Part shown: in pieces, positions 46,001 through 60,913 of the stretch
How positions within the stretch are numbered: position 1 is the first letter of the stretch
Layout of the letters: each line of letters starts with the position of its first letter
Assembly: GCA_964035545.1 (NCBI GenBank)
Contig: OZ037772.1
Span: forward strand, 10,538,818 to 10,602,817
From: Bugula neritina
Lineage: Eukaryota; Animalia; Bryozoa
Direction: 5' to 3'
DNA: 64,000 nt
Notes under the pieces: model-generated
What the model saw: the letters and a program-made list of their open reading frames with translations, nothing else
Told to the model about the DNA's origin: nothing
Database searches by the model: none
Program-made: the position numbers and the translations under genes

Positions 46001-49000
46001 AGGTAGGCTTGACGACAACACAATCATCGGAATTAGCGCATCTATCCTCGGCGTCATAATAATTACAAACATTGTAGTTTGTCTTTTGTGGAAGAGGTGA
46101 GTTCAAGTTCGTTATTGTTAAAGATAACATTCGCTAGCTTACTTAAAAAGTTATTAAAAAACTGAGGTTTAGATTTAACAATTTAAAAATAATTCTTTAT
46201 ATCTATGCTTCTATTAGTATATAGTTATAATGTAAATTTGCTATGTTAAATATATTGTATTTGTTAGCATTAAAGATAACGATAGTTTATAGATGTTGAA
46301 GCTGTATATCAGTATATGTTTGCATAATTCAGTATGTTTGAGGCAAAAGAATTATTAATTATTCAAGATAATATTACTTAATCAACTGTACAGCTCCATG
46401 GCATATTTAGTGTCACAAGATCAAAAATATCATACTAAGTTGATGTAAGCTAGGTTAAGTAAATTAGGTCATAGTATTATATCCATATTGACTAGAATCA
46501 TAATATACTCACTCACGCAAGTTTATAGTCGCTATCCCTGTGAGAAACCCCTGCTGGAGAGGGTTTTTATTAGAACGGGCTAAGGACTTATTGTTCAAAT
46601 GAGGCACAGGAGCAATTATGACTGGATGTTCTTCTTAACATCATCAATGGCCTTTGTCGGGGTTCGAACCCATGACTTCGTGTTCACAAAGCAAACACTT
46701 TAACCCCTAGAACATGGCTGCTCCCTAGAATCATACTAATGAACAATAAACAAAACATAAATTGAAAAAATACATGAGTACAAAAATTGAAAACTAATAC
46801 AATATTTGAGTATTGGAAGAAGTATTGGAAGAGATAAATTCAATGATCAAAAGTGTATTCATTGTTTATTAGTATGATTCCTGTTAATATGGATAAAATA
46901 TTATGGCCTAATTTAAATACAATTATCAATAAGTATTTTGCACACAAATTCAATCTATACTTTTCAAATAATGAAGTATTAAAATTATTTTTTTATTAAG
47001 AACATAAATGTGCAAAAAGCTCAGTTATTAAAATTATTATACTATATAACTGTTACAATTAAACATTATAATGCTTCATATATATTTTATAGTGAAGATG
47101 TAAATTAATCATTTTTTTCACAGAAGACGAGTGACGGAAACTAGAAATGAGGGGCAAACGGATAATACCAATTTACATTCTGTCTGCAAAGAAGATGAAG
47201 AATCAGGTCAGATAAGTGGTAGTATTTTATTTAGCCAAGTATTTTGTTTATATATATAACTTTTTATTGTCAGATATACCTATACATAAACATATCACTG
47301 CATCCCACCCATACCGATCTCTGAACTCCACTGGCCTCTCTAATACTCCTTCAGTCTTCAGGCTCCCCTGGCCACTCAACTTCCTCTGAGTACTACTACA
47401 CTTCACTAAAGACCAAAATAGCCTAAAAAATAACTACCCCCACTAGGATTCGAACCCGAGACCTCTAGCTTGCAAGCAAGGGTGCTACCCATTACACCAC
47501 AGGGACCACTGGGTAAAATCAACACTACAAATTATTTGATTTGTAACGCTATATAATATAATGCCTTTTTATTGGTTAGATGATGAGCTGCACCAATACG
47601 CAGCCATTGATCTCAAAGGAGTTGTGGAGTTCCCTGCACATTCAACTGGTGCTGATAGTGCAGGAGTAGAGGAAGCTAGAATTAGCAAGAGTTATTACAA
47701 CAAAGAGTATGTAAATAACATTCAGGGGTAAAGCTAAAAATATACTGTATATTTCAATTGTTATCAGCTAAGAAATTCTAGCTATATATATAAAGTGGAT
47801 CGTATAAAGTAAAACTCACGCAAGTTTATAGTCACTATCCCTGTGAGAAACCCCTGATAGAAAGGGTTTTTGTTGAAGCGGGCTAAGTACTTATTTTGAA
47901 ATGAGGCACAGGAGTAATTATGACTGGATGCTCTTCCTAACATCACCAATGGCCTCGAACCAATAACCTCGCGATTACTAGGCAAACACTCAAACCCCTA
48001 GACCACAGCTGTTCCCAGTACTGCATATTAATTAGTTCATTGTAGACAATTATTTACTGATAAACAAATTTAATTGTCATGAGAATCAGCTCTCAACTTA
48101 GTTTAAAAATTTCTCCACATAATTTATATACGCATTATATAGTTTCAATATTTGCTCAGACTGTTTACCTACTTAACATGGCTTTAGTTGGAGGCTATTT
48201 TGAAAATATATATCAATAAATGATTGAAAATATATATGGTTTCTTTCATATATAGGTCTATTTTATTTCATAGAACGCAGGTTTTGTTACTGCATCTCCC
48301 TCAAATTTCTAAAAAGTTGATGTTTTTAAACTAATTATAGCAAAAAGCATTCCAATTGCTCATGTTATGTGGTGGCCAGCGAGGCGTACTAATCGCACAC
48401 GTGCACAATAACCAATAGTGTTGAAGCACGTGATTACTCCCTGCGGAGCAGAATGCTTCAGGGGGGGGGGGGGACGTTAATATAGCTAGTTAGTTAGGAG
48501 TAGTACACGAATAGAGATATAGTAGGTTAAGTAGACTTGTAAATATATTGTGGATGCTGGATGTATTTTGATGTTACTTGTATATATATAATTAAATGTA
48601 GTCTTTTATCACGCATTTTCTGTGAAGTTCTTGGAGCTATCATCTAAACAGAATATACAGTTGCACGCATAGAACCCACCCTAAATATTATAATTGACAA
48701 AATTATAACGCATACACAATCTATTTAGTTGGCAGCAAATAATTAATGCATAGAATAAAATCATGTGAATAATTTCCTATTACATTTATGAACTGTAAAG
48801 TAAACACTACATACTTTAGTTTATTTTGCTCAAAATCAAATGAAAAATTAATTCTGAAAACATGTTATTAAGCAAAAGCAAAATATTATCACCCAAATTG
48901 CTATATTTGTAAGGAAAGATTAATTTGGCAAGCACCTATCATTAATAATACCTGGTAATGTTGTTATCTAATTAGGGCCAGGTTATTTTATGATTTGCAG

Positions 49001-49436
49001 CATATCATATTGCAGTGTGTTTGTTATAGGAGTGAAAGAGGTCAAACTGGGCAGGAGAATTCAGTATATGAGAATATAGATGAGGTGAAAATGGCTGGTC
49101 CTAATGAATACATTAGTAAGTTGAAGTCTATACTGTTTGTTATATTAACAGCAAAATGTTATTATATTTTATTGTCATATAACAACACTAACTTATTGTC
49201 AAGCTATGAGTCATGCTACCTATATATTTTTGTTGATTTTAATTTTGTACAAACGATAAATTTTTTCAAAAAACTTTTGAATTGAAGTTCATCTAAATTT
49301 TCATCACTTGAGTCAATGTGGCATAAGGTTTCTCCTGTCACCCCCAGGTATGACAACTCTGGATACAGATGTAGATCATACATATGCCTCTTTAAACAAT
49401 TCCTCAGCTGATCTACAAGCACAACACAAAATGTAA
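43053..49436 (+). CDS. Receptor cluster gene 5: transmembrane mucin-like protein (~562 aa), 6-aa PTTTTT repeats, multi-Tyr tail; most divergent mucin-type copy
   Basis: Exons 43053-43101 (MSSNFILWIFLTLMIG), 44237-45364, 46003-46096 ([25 protein letters not shown]), 47124-47218, 47580-47727, 49030-49115, 49348-49436. Total 1689 nt, open frame. Confidence 0.88.
45545..45837. mobile_element. Probable solo LTR in gene 5 intron 2 (5-bp TSD)
   Basis: gcatt|TGTTTATG...CATCAACA|gcatt, with a 7/8 terminal inverted repeat. The insertion is absent from the aligned introns of genes 2-4. Confidence 0.72.
46503..46724 (-). mobile_element. tRNA-derived SINE (family B) with an 11-bp target site duplication
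   Basis: Minus strand A-box-like tgttctagggg and B box gggttcgaaccc. TSD ctagaatcata at 46492-46502 and 46725-46735. Confidence 0.8.
47300..47529 (-). repeat. tRNA-like dispersed repeat (family A), best-preserved copy
   Basis: Minus strand: tgtagtgttgattttacccagt-ggtccctgTGGTGTAATGGgtagcacccttgcttgcaagctagaggtctcgGGTTCGAATCCtagtggggg. Other copies at ~13625-13722, 20849-20944, 26291-26380, 29258-29347, 34379-34475, 38396-38480 and 51766-51821 (all minus) and ~9616-9800 (plus). Confidence 0.75.
47811..48016 (-). mobile_element. tRNA-derived SINE (family B)
   Basis: Aligns with 46503-46724 over ~200 bp. Confidence 0.75.
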
Positions 49437-49899
49437 GCTTTTCATGTTATAATTAAGGCAACTTAAAGAGGCTTCCTTTTTAAAAATTAGTTATATATAG
49501 TTTATCATTATAGAAACTTTTTGGTAGACTTTTGTTACAACTGTTTTGCACTTGTCAACATAAAAGACATAATAAGTTTTAATGTTGAAGATGACTATAT
49601 AAAACGTTTATGACAACTTTTTTGACAGCTGGTAACGTTATTTATTTAACATATTTTTACCAAAATACAGAATAACCTGGATTTTCATTATTATATGTTT
49701 TTTCAAGTATAAAATAAAAGCATTTATTTTGCTGTTGTTTAAGAAATGAAACTAGTTCTAATTAATATATTTTGCAAAAACAAAAATTATTTCACAGCTT
49801 TTAGAAACGTTATTTGGTTGTTAATTATTGTTTTTGAGCCTCAGATAAAATTTTCCATGTTTAGTTACTTTATTATAATCAGGGACTTATATATTTCAG

Positions 49900-49937
49900 G
49901 TGAGACAACTCCTATTAAAGACTGAGCTCATCAATAG
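49900..49937 (+). pseudogene. Degenerate copy of the duplicated terminal exon in gene 5
   Basis: Acceptor tttcag is retained, but the phase-1 frame reads ETTPIKD*AHQ*, with the Tyr codon position now TAG. Confidence 0.55.
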
Positions 49938-51370
49938 CCATTATAGTTTTTACACCAATATTTTTATAATTGAAATAAAATCCATTAACCTATAGAAAGC
50001 CACTTAAAGAACCGCTATAGCAGCAATTTGAATGATTTATGCAATAAAAAACAGTTAATTTTAGTAATATAAATTTTTTTACAAATGTGCATGACAAATA
50101 TCATCTAAATTAATTTAAAGCTCTAAAGTAGAATTAATTTGTCTAAAATCAATTGATTACTGCAGGCAATTAAATATATACGATTTCTTGCTTCGTATTT
50201 ATGTCATGTCATATGTGCAATAATTTTTATTAATGTACCTTCCTTTAAAAAATCTTGGCTGTTGGATTTTATATATAACTCTATTTTTTTGTGACATAAT
50301 ATTTTTTAGGCTTTTTTGCACTTTCGCAGCAATAATTTTTTTTATTTCGCTTAAACTAATCAATTAATGCAAGTTCAAGTTAACTAGCTATTAATAAAAT
50401 CATTACCGTAATAATATTTTCATCACTTTTGCTGAAAAGCTCAAGGCGCAAATATAATCTAATTTTTATAAAAAAATTGTTGTCCCTTTATTTCTCAACA
50501 TTTGCAAAACAAAACAATTTCTCCTAAAGCTTTGCTTTACACATAATTTTACAATAGCTAGAAACCATTATATATATTTAAAGGCTTCAAACTAATGGTA
50601 ATTCTATTAAGACTTTGGATTTGAGAATATTCTATTTAAAATTATATTATGCTGCTGTTTTTTTATATTATCACTTTTACTGTAATTCTCGCACAATAAA
50701 CTGTTAACCTAAAATAGCTATAAGCATCGTTTGTCTTTCATATAACACTTGGCTTGCAGTACAAATTTAACACAGAAGTTAATGGACGGACAAAAAACAC
50801 AATCAGTAATCCTTCTATTCACGTAGCTTCTATATAAGCTATATTATATATTGCTTAAAGATAATTTACCTATAGTTCTATTTACTATTATATGAGGTTA
50901 CTATAATATGATTATTACTACTACTAATGCTTATAAATTATTTAAACCTAAAACTATGGATTAAAACTTTATAGTCCTTGTAATTGGCTATTTAACACTT
51001 GGCACGTAACTTTCATTTAAGATCTTAGATATTTCTCAGATATAGCATAAAGTTTTTATTACTAGACACACAGTTATGCTTTCAAGCATAAACTTATTAA
51101 ATTAAACTATAATGTAGCAAAAATTAAATAATTTAAAAGTGAATAATTGTTGATACAACTTAAAAAAACCAGTAAACAATTCTAATAATGCGCTTAACTT
51201 GTGCTTTTACGTAATGAGTTTTTGCATACGCACTTATTTTTATAGCAAAGGAATACAGATTCCTGTAATTATGATGTAATAGAGTTATGGCTTGTGTATT
51301 GTTGGACACTGCTCAAGTAGCTGCGGTTTGAGAACATTCTAGAAGCAAAACATTGACTGCATATTCTAAT

Positions 51371-54300
51371 ATGGCGACCTGTAAACGTGACGAGATAGAG
51401 CACAGTGATGGTGGGAACGGGGACAATGTTCATCTGTACGGCCAGCGGGTGATGAAAGAAACAAAAAATAGAAATGGGATCGCTTTGAAAATGAGTAAGT
51501 CTAAAGGTAGTACCATTGTATTTAAGAATTAAAACTTTGTCACTTTCTTGAGAATGCACAAAGAAATGAAAAATATTTTTTCAATGAGCTTTTAGAAATA
51601 CCTCGTACTCATTAATTGTTCTGAAAGATCATGTTTGTTGAACTAGATTGATTTTGAGTTAAAATTCTAAACGGAAAATTTATATATATAGGGCCTAATA
51701 AAAAGATAATAATTTTTTAGCCATATCATGAATATTTAGTAGCATAATGTTTGAAAATTAATTGTTCCCTCTCTCACCGGGATTTGAACCAGAAGGGCTG
51801 CTGAGTTAACTCAACGCTACAATGTTTAAGCTGCCAAATGTAGTTTAAAGCTTGAAAAAAACATAAAAATTAAATGATAGTTTTTAACTTAGCACAAATT
51901 ATTTTCACATAACAAATTGCATTTAAACAATATTTTACAGAGCTTTAAAATATGACCCTGAGGTCATATAACAATTAATATAAGAAATATTAGTGACGTA
52001 AATAATTCAATACAAAATTTTTATACATGCAAGGTTATTGCATGCAAAATTACAAAAAAAGCTCTATAAACTAAGAATATATTTTGCTTATATAATAAAA
52101 ATGTCTCCATGCATAGGTCCTTTTATATTTGTTTAATTGAATCAAATTTAGCTTTGCGCAATATAATAATATTATTATTATGATGATGCTTTGTTTTGTG
52201 CTGAACAATCGATTTTAACGATATGGACACAACAATGCATATCCATTGTATAGTATTGTTGGGCAAAACAATTATTAGGTGTCTATAGTTTGTAAATTAT
52301 AAAAATACTTTGCTCAAAATTTAAAAGATATATATAAAGGCAAAGGTTTTCGTATTATAAGACTATAAATTTGTGCTTTACAAAAACTGTATTTTTTATC
52401 ATTCCCTTTTACCATGCATATTTCACATTTAAATCAAAATTAATTATAATATAAGTCTACATAATAAAAACAACATAAAAATATGCAAAAGAAAAAGTTC
52501 CGAAGTGTTTCAAGTATATTTTGAGGGCTGCCATTACATTTTGCAAATGAATATTGCATCAAATCCTTAATTAATATTTTTGGCCCTATATATTCAGTTG
52601 ACCAATGCATGTACTCTATCACTGTAGCAACTTTATTATGTATTCGTTGCTTTCAAACTATCCATCTTCAATTTTTTTTAAAGCTGTGTACACAGAAATC
52701 TAATTTGTCTAACTTTTGGGCTATGTAAGTTAAAAAAGAGTCTACTGCAATTAATTAACTGTTTGTCAAATTCAAAAGACATTAAATTAATATTAGATTT
52801 GCTTAAAATACGAAGTTAATTGGCAATATTAATTGTTTCTATAAACACACTTTTTTTAATTCTATGATTAATTAATTACTAAACTGTTTGACAATAAAAT
52901 TATGTTTTCAGTTCCATTCGTTTTATATTAAAGTAAAAAGTCATCTATTATAGACGTGGAACAGAGTCTTTGTATATCTATGACAATAAGCTGCAAATAG
53001 CTACTTTAGCATAACAATTATATATAGCTGCAGGTATAAACTATATGCTCACATAGCAATACATGACCACACAGTGATGCAACCTAATAAACAAATATGA
53101 AGAAGTAGTATATATAACATCTTGTGAACAGTGATGGTTTAAATATTCTTGTAGAAGGTTATGTCTGCGATGCTTGTGAATACAGAACTTCAGATTTTAT
53201 GTCCTTCATAACTCACAGAAATGATCATGCTTATGAGAAAAAAGAAAGGATTGAAGAAGGTTTTAAATGTGGTAGGAATAGAAAATACAATTGGTTATTG
53301 TTTGGTTAATCTGGGTACAAAGGTTATATTTTTGAAGTTTTCTTTTAATTATTGGTTTAAATTTTGAAGTCCTAATTGAGGAGATATAAAAGCCTTATAT
53401 ATATGACAAACCATTAAAAATTGTTATAAAGTCTATAAAAACAAACAGCGGTTTTTTGCTTGTAGCATCATTTGTTGCAGATTGTTGATGTATATTAGTC
53501 AGTATAAACTACTGTTTCTAACAGTTTCTTGTATTTGTGTTGCTTACTCTTTCAGGTTGGTGTCCTCTAGTCACTTATTGTGGGGAAGAAATGATAAAAC
53601 ATATTCAATGCCACATTTTTTCTTCTACAACAGTACAAAATGCTAAGAAAATGGCCGGAGCAGATGATAACTGCAAATCAGTAAACGATGAAACTCTCAT
53701 TAAAGATACTAATGAGAAAGTAAGCTGTAGCGCTGTAATGTTTTACCCTGGTGCAATGGCTTTTTATGCACTATTTATGTAACTAAGAAAGTTTCTATAG
53801 ATTGTAGAGTCTAAAATGAAATGAGATTTAGAGAGAAAATTAACTGATGGCACCATAAATTAAAGTATACAAGACTATTTGTTCAGTTAGGATAAAAACT
53901 GATGAACAAAGTTTACAAGAATGTGTAAATTCTGATTTTAGAACAGCTGTGATGGAAGTGAAGGTTGTCAGACAGAAAATTTAGACAGTCAAATAAAGAA
54001 GGTTCACACCCAATCTAACTTTCTTTCACATGGAACAAGCTTTAAAGAATCAATTGATCAGACATCAGATATAAATAATTCAACCTCCTCAATTGTTACC
54101 AAGAATCTCCAGTCTTTTGGGTCAAACTTTCTAAAATGTTCTTCACAGAGAGTTTCTCAACGCCTCAAAATTGATACACATGATGGTGCTAGTAGCTTCT
54201 TAGAAAGTGAAACAGAGCTGAATATTAAACTAGATGAGTTTGCTAAGCTGTTAAATTTACAACCAGTTGATGCTTCGTCTGGGTTTACCATACCCAACTC

Positions 54301-55237
54301 AAGAAAACTGTTTGGTAAGAAAATAAATTATGGGAAAAATTGGTCAGGGAAACAGGGGTTGGTAAAAAAAGCCTTCCTCCCCGATTCAAGTAACCAAGAA
54401 GAGCTGAAAAACAAGTCAGTGCATACAGAAAGCAAAGTAAAGAAAAGGTCAAATAGACCAAAAATGGCTGTTGTCGTCTACAAACATAAACAGAAGTTTC
54501 TAGTAAGTTACCAGACTGACAAAAATTCTATTCTAGTTACTAGTAACAACGTGAAAACTGTAACAGCATCAGATGACGCCCAGACGTTGGTGAATAAAGA
54601 GCAGCAAAGTGACACATGTTCCACAGCTGTATCAACCAATCAAGACGAGGCTGATCAAGAACAACCTGCTGCTATACAAAATAGTGTCAACATTCCACTA
54701 AGCTCAACAAGTCATTGCGAGATTGAAACCCAGATTCATCAAGAAAATGAGAACGGTGTACAACCAGAAGAAAGAGCGCAGCTTCTGGAACCAGAGAGCA
54801 CAACGCTGTCCACTGAAAAATCAAACACGGAATGTAATGAAAATCTCATTAGTCTAAATGAGCTGCCTATGGACACAGCTTTGATTCCACAGAAAACTGA
54901 GCTTGTTTCAAAAGCAAGCTCCAGTTCAACAATTGATCAAAACATCACACTTTGTCAACAGTCACTGCCTGTGACAGAACCTGTACTATTGCCCTCCAGC
55001 CCTCCCAGCACTCATTTCTACCAGAGACCTAGGACTTATGTTCATCCCTGCGCAATGAGTTGCCCACCAAACAAGCTGTTTATATTTGACCCACAACCAG
55101 CGCCCTTACATCTACCGACGGGACTACTCGTACCGTACAGAGTGATATTGGGTCAATGCCATTTGCCACATCCAGCTACTGCTAGATTACCTAGAAAAAG
55201 ATGTCTCCATGCTATAGACTTCAACCGCCAAAGTTAG
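51371..55237 (+). CDS. C2H2 zinc-finger protein (~566 aa), two N-terminal fingers followed by a long low-complexity region
   Basis: Exons 51371-51494 (alternative donor 51506; first exon less certain), 53155-53271 (YVCDACEYRTSDFMSFITHRNDH...FKC), 53556-53719 (GWCPLVTYCGEEMIKHIQCH), 53942-55237. Total 1701 nt, open frame. Confidence 0.72.
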
Positions 55238-56278
55238 CTTGACTAGGATACTCACCAGCTATTGGGAGATCCGTGTATCGAATTCTGTTCACTTATAATA
55301 TGTATTCAAGTTGATGGATGAATTGCTGCTAGTATAACAATAGAAACTTCTAAGAAATCACAAAGCATGATCTCTAGTTATTTAACAATAGATTTAGTAT
55401 GGTTTATTATTATTGTTATTCAAAAATATCAGCCTTCATAAATATCTTTTGTTGTGTTTATTGAAGTTACAACAATGAATACAGTAAAATTCCAAAAATA
55501 CCTTAATTATAGTATTCATTGATTATAATGTAATGGTTTCTATATAACTATGCAAGAAGTTTTGAACTAATTATTAATTTGGCTAAGAAAAACTAATTCC
55601 ACTTAATATTCTCATCCACACTGGTTAAAAAATGGCACACATTTCTGGTTTTTAAAGTAATAAACTCACGTCAATAGACATATTGCCGCAGGCGTGAATT
55701 TGAATTTGCATAAAAATTCAACTTGAATATCTTTTTTCCTCTCAAATTAAAAAACTAATCTTTGAGGTTTAAATTTGCTATTTAAATTTTATTCATTTCA
55801 CTAGCATTATGCTAGTAAATGACACAAATTAACATTTTATTTTGTGAATCAAAATTTTATTAGATATTGGCATACATAAAATATTTATTAGCACAAATAC
55901 TATTTTACATACGATATATGACACTTTGAATTTCTACTAGTAATTACTTGTTAGTACTAAAACTCTAAGTAGTCATTCTGAAATCAAATAGTAAAAATCA
56001 CCAATAATAATACAAATTTTAAAAATAATGTATAGGTCTATATATATATAGAAGCAAAGTTAAAACCTTCAAAATAAGTAAGTAAAGAGCAAAAATAGTA
56101 ATTAAACCAAAACGATGATGACTAAGACAATCATGTGACAAAGTAAGCCATAAAATATACGCACCACAGTGAGCATCATGACAAGAAAGTAGAGTGGTGC
56201 AAAACAATACACAGTATTGAATCTATTTAAATGAAGATAAAATTTTGTCAGCATCACAAGGAATAATTTGAATTCTTT

Positions 56279-59200
56279 TCATTTTTGAGGAGAAATTGGT
56301 GAGTTACGGCACTTGTAGTTCTGTTTCGTATGGCGGACAAGCATTGAACGCATATGAGATTTGAAGTCACAGTTTTTGCACATGTAGATGCTCTTTTTTG
56401 CAGCATGCACTGGTAGGTGCTTGTTCAGACCAGCTTTCCTTTTAGCTGAAAATGGACAATGTGGACACTTGAATGGCCGTTCCTCAGCCATATCGCTTCT
56501 TACTTTGGAGTGAGTCAAATAATGGGCTTTGAAACTATCGCGGCGAGTGTATGCCATGTCACACAAATCACACTGAATAATCACAGAACGTTTTCGGTGC
56601 ATTGATATTCGGTGGTTTTTCAGCACGGTGGTGTCGGCGCAAGAGAAGTCACAAGTGTGGCATTGCAATGGCAAATCACTGTGAGTAGACTGCTGATGCT
56701 CGGTGTAGTTTCTCCACCTAGCTGCGGCGTACGGACAGTGTTTACACTTGTAATGCTTTGTAGTCCCAGTATGTGATCGGATATGAACTTGAAGGTTGTA
56801 GTACTTTTTAGCACGGTAAGGACATACTTTGCAGGAGTAAGGGCGCTCCACAAACTTAGTGCTCTTAGAGTTATTAGATTTGCTGGTTTCGCTTTTTACT
56901 GTCCCAATTTCTGTTGCTGAAGCTAATGTTTTCACGTCTGTAATTTTTAATTTCAAAGAATCAGGAGGTTCAGGAGCAGTGGTTGGAAGTTCAATAATCT
57001 CATCTATTGGCTCATACTTGCATTTTACAGTCGAGTTTGTCAATGGTTGGTCTGAAGTGTTACAGTTCTCTGAAAGGTCTATCACTGTTTCCTGGTGGAT
57101 TTTGGTGTGAGCAATCAGTTTGGACTCCCGGTACGTTACGTAATCGCACGATTTGCAGAAATACATTTTTTCATCTTTGGAGTGCATCTGGTGACAATGT
57201 GCAGCAAACAAAGAAAGGTCCAGCGTACTGTATATACAAAAACTACACTTGAAAGGAGTTCTGCGCTTTCTAACATTTTTAGATGTCCGTTGCACTGCTC
57301 TGTGTCGGTCAACTCTTTTAGTGCTTACTTGCTTGGTTTGGATTGAACTAGTTGGGACAGAAACAGATTTCTTTAATGCTGAAGTTTTCCAGTTTTGCAG
57401 TTTCAGTTTCAGCTTTGAGGCAACAGCAAGAGGTGAACTTAATTGAAACTTGCTTGGAGAGCATCTTGATAAAACTACTTTGCATGCTAGTGGTTTGTTA
57501 TTAGAATTTATTGATACTGGCTCAACATTTTCAACACGAGTGGGTGGACCAGAAAGCTTTTCCAGATGACTGTCAGCTGCATCTTTAGATAAGGTGGATT
57601 CAGCTACAACAGAAGGTTCCTTTACGGATTCGTTTCTGAGATCAGTCTCTTGGTTGGTAGAGAGAGATGTCTGGTTGCACAGCAACTGGATCTTTTCAGC
57701 TGTTATTTCACTTTCAACAATGACTGTTTCCGATTGAGTTATTTCCTGCTGATACCGACGTATTATGGCTTTCTTAGGATTTGCGTACTCTTGCGTAGGA
57801 CTCTGCTCCATATTGGAAAAATCTTTATCTTCTACAGATGGTTTTCTCAGAGGTAGGTCATGTTGCTTGTTGGTAATCGAAGGTGAAGGTTGGACAGAAA
57901 TGTTCTCTTCTGCATTCTCCTTGTCACTATTGCAGTCAATTGAGTTTATTTTCTCAAGAGGCACAGGTTCAAATGTAGTCTCAGACAAACAGAGGTTTTC
58001 TGATTTTTCCAATGAAATTGGTTTCTCAGCACTAAAAACAAATGTATCGAAAGAAACAGGGTCTTTGTTTGCGATATTGTGCAACCTTGCAAAGCTTCTT
58101 GTGATTTTTCCAGGGCTTTGTGCTATTTCAGACAAAACAAAGTTCTCGTTTGGCGAAACCTTTGACAGCTTGGCAGATTTCACCTTTTCCCCATTTGACT
58201 TTGTCTTCGTTTCTTTAAGAGATTTTAATTTTTTATTGCTGATGATCAAAGTCTTTTTATCACTGTGAAAAGAAACAAGGGCTGGATTTGAATGTCTATA
58301 GGCAAAAGTTTTCTTTTTAATTTTACTTGATTTTATCTTTGAAGCCAATTTTATTTTATTGAAATTGCTGCTTCTTTTTTCTCCAATTTTGCTTAAAAAT
58401 TGGTTCTGGCAGTCTGCAGTTTCGACTACTTCAACATCCTTGATAGATGCAGTTAATGCAACATTTTCTTTCTCCATAGTTTCCAATTGTTTAAATATTG
58501 TTGTAGCATCATCTGAAAGCTGGGCCGGGAAGACATTAACACTGCTGGTCAAGTTTAGATTGCGAACCTCTCTATTAATTTTCAAATTTCCTAGCTGCTT
58601 TGGAGACCTATGATTGGTCGGCTTAGGCAAAATCTTTCTGTGACGACCATAAACTTTAAGTGGTTTTCTAACACGAGGGGTAGACTCTAGAATAGCTGGT
58701 GCCTGCAATTCTACAATTTTAGCTGTGCAGGCCAAACAATTCTCTTCAAAAATGCCAACAGTAGTACTACTTGCTTTATTTACAATAACTGCAGGAAAAT
58801 CTTGGATATTTTCAGTTGAAACATCTTCAAGTTGGTAAGTGTCTACATGAATGGTGCATGCTGCATCTTTTGTGCTTAAAGAAGGTTCAGAATTCTCAAC
58901 CACTGATGAACTGTAATCATCAGTAGACATAGTAGATAGTTTTTTGGGAACAGCTGGGCAACACACGGCCTTCCCCGCAGGAGGTTCAGCTACCGAAGCA
59001 TTTCCAAGATTAGGAACTGTAGTATTCTCTACCATTCCGATTAGTTTCCTAACTACAGAATTGAACTCTTCCCCAGACTCCATGATACAAGATTGTTCTG
59101 CAACAGTGGCTCTTTGGTCACTTACATCACCCGACAGAGAAAGTACGGTAGAATCAACTGGGGTGCCACAGAGGGGTGGTGGTGCCGTAGATATGTGGCT

Positions 59201-60820
59201 CTTTATGTGATGAGACATTAGCCCAGGCTTTGGAGTAGTAAAGTTACACAGTCCTATAAACAAGTAGATCATAACTTACTTTAGCTACGGATATAATAAA
59301 TTGTTGTAATACTTTTTTTACATTGTAAAGGATATTTATGTTTTTATAATACTTTATTGAAGCAATTTTTATGGGATATCATAGCACTGTTCAAAACAAC
59401 CCTTATATTTGAGCAGAAGTCATTTGCTTGCTTGCTCATAATTTGTGAACAGTAACTTTTTTCATCTTTTATTGGTCATTTTATTATATAATATAATTTT
59501 AAATAGAAATAAACAATAGAAATTTTTCTTTTTTCAGATGAGCCACATTTCAGTGTGCCTAAAAAGCTTTCTGAAAACCAAGCAAACAAACTTGAATTTC
59601 TACTTAAAAATATTATTACTTTCCCCTTTTCAAGTTCAATTTACAACTTTTATATATAAAAATTAACTATAAATTCAAACCCTTCGTTATATTAGAACTA
59701 AAATGAATTGTTTGAAAGTTACCATATATATATGGAGTTATCATACAATGAAATATCATCTAGGTTGTTATACCTCTCCAAAAAAGCAACATTATTTTAC
59801 CTCATTAATATGTTCTATTGTCTGATTTTGAATAATATTTTTATCACGATTGTTAGAATATTATATATTTAATCAATAATTTTATTAGTATAATGATTTG
59901 TTAAAAGATTACGATGTATAGTTAGGTATTACCACAAGTGAAGAGTGATTTCTTTTTATCTCTGTTGTTGGAATGCTCATTCTTGTGGGTGATGAATTCC
60001 ATAAAGTCATCAGTAATAAATAAGCAAGCATCACATATGTACGTAGCTACAAAGAAAACATGCATTAAAAATTCAATATTTTCAAAAACGGAATTTTTAA
60101 TTATTTAACGTTTCTTTAGTGTTTACAGTTATGTAAATAAGGAAATGTTGAAGATAACTGCATGCTGCAGTGGAAAGATTTAAAGTGGAATATTGTTTTT
60201 ATATCTGATAAAATCTGTCTTATTCCATAAACAGGTAATCTAGGGCTATTTTTTTAGTTTTTCTTCAATTTGTATTAACCATTCAAACTAATTGTACTAT
60301 ATATTCATCGTCAAGCTTTGCTGAACATAAATATAAGTTTGCTTTATTTTATGATGTTTTATTTTTATCCTTTTGCTAATGCACTGAATGCAGTATTCCC
60401 TGTGAAAACACTAAAGCTACAAATAATAATTTGTGCGAAAAAATGCTAAGCTGTAACTTTAAGTCTTTGACAAATGAAGCAGTTTGCAAAATTAGACTTA
60501 CTATTTGATTTCTTAGCTTTTTTGCTGAAACATGAAAAATTTTCACTGATGTCAAGTTTCCTTGATTTAGTATGAGATTCCCCATCTAAAAAAGCATAAT
60601 GCAAAAAATAAGTTACATAATGTTCAGTCAACTCAACAAAGCAACATTATAATATATTATATAATGTAAGAAATAATATAAAGCAAACAACAAACACCAC
60701 ATAACAGAAAGTAAATTACTATATAAACTTAACATGGTGGTGAAAAGTGAAAATAAATCACTATAAGCTAAATTGATGTTTCCAGAAGACTATATTACCA
60801 ATCCTACAAACATTACTTCA

Positions 60821-60913
<93 letters not shown>

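Noticed and set aside
48363-48692. Possible solo LTR in a gene 5 intron (starts TGTTATG, higher GC, poly-G run)
   Set aside because: No convincing CA terminus or target site duplication found by eye.
56620-59210. Short ORFs overlapping the large zinc-finger exon
   Set aside because: Antisense or alternative-frame shadows with no recognisable motifs.
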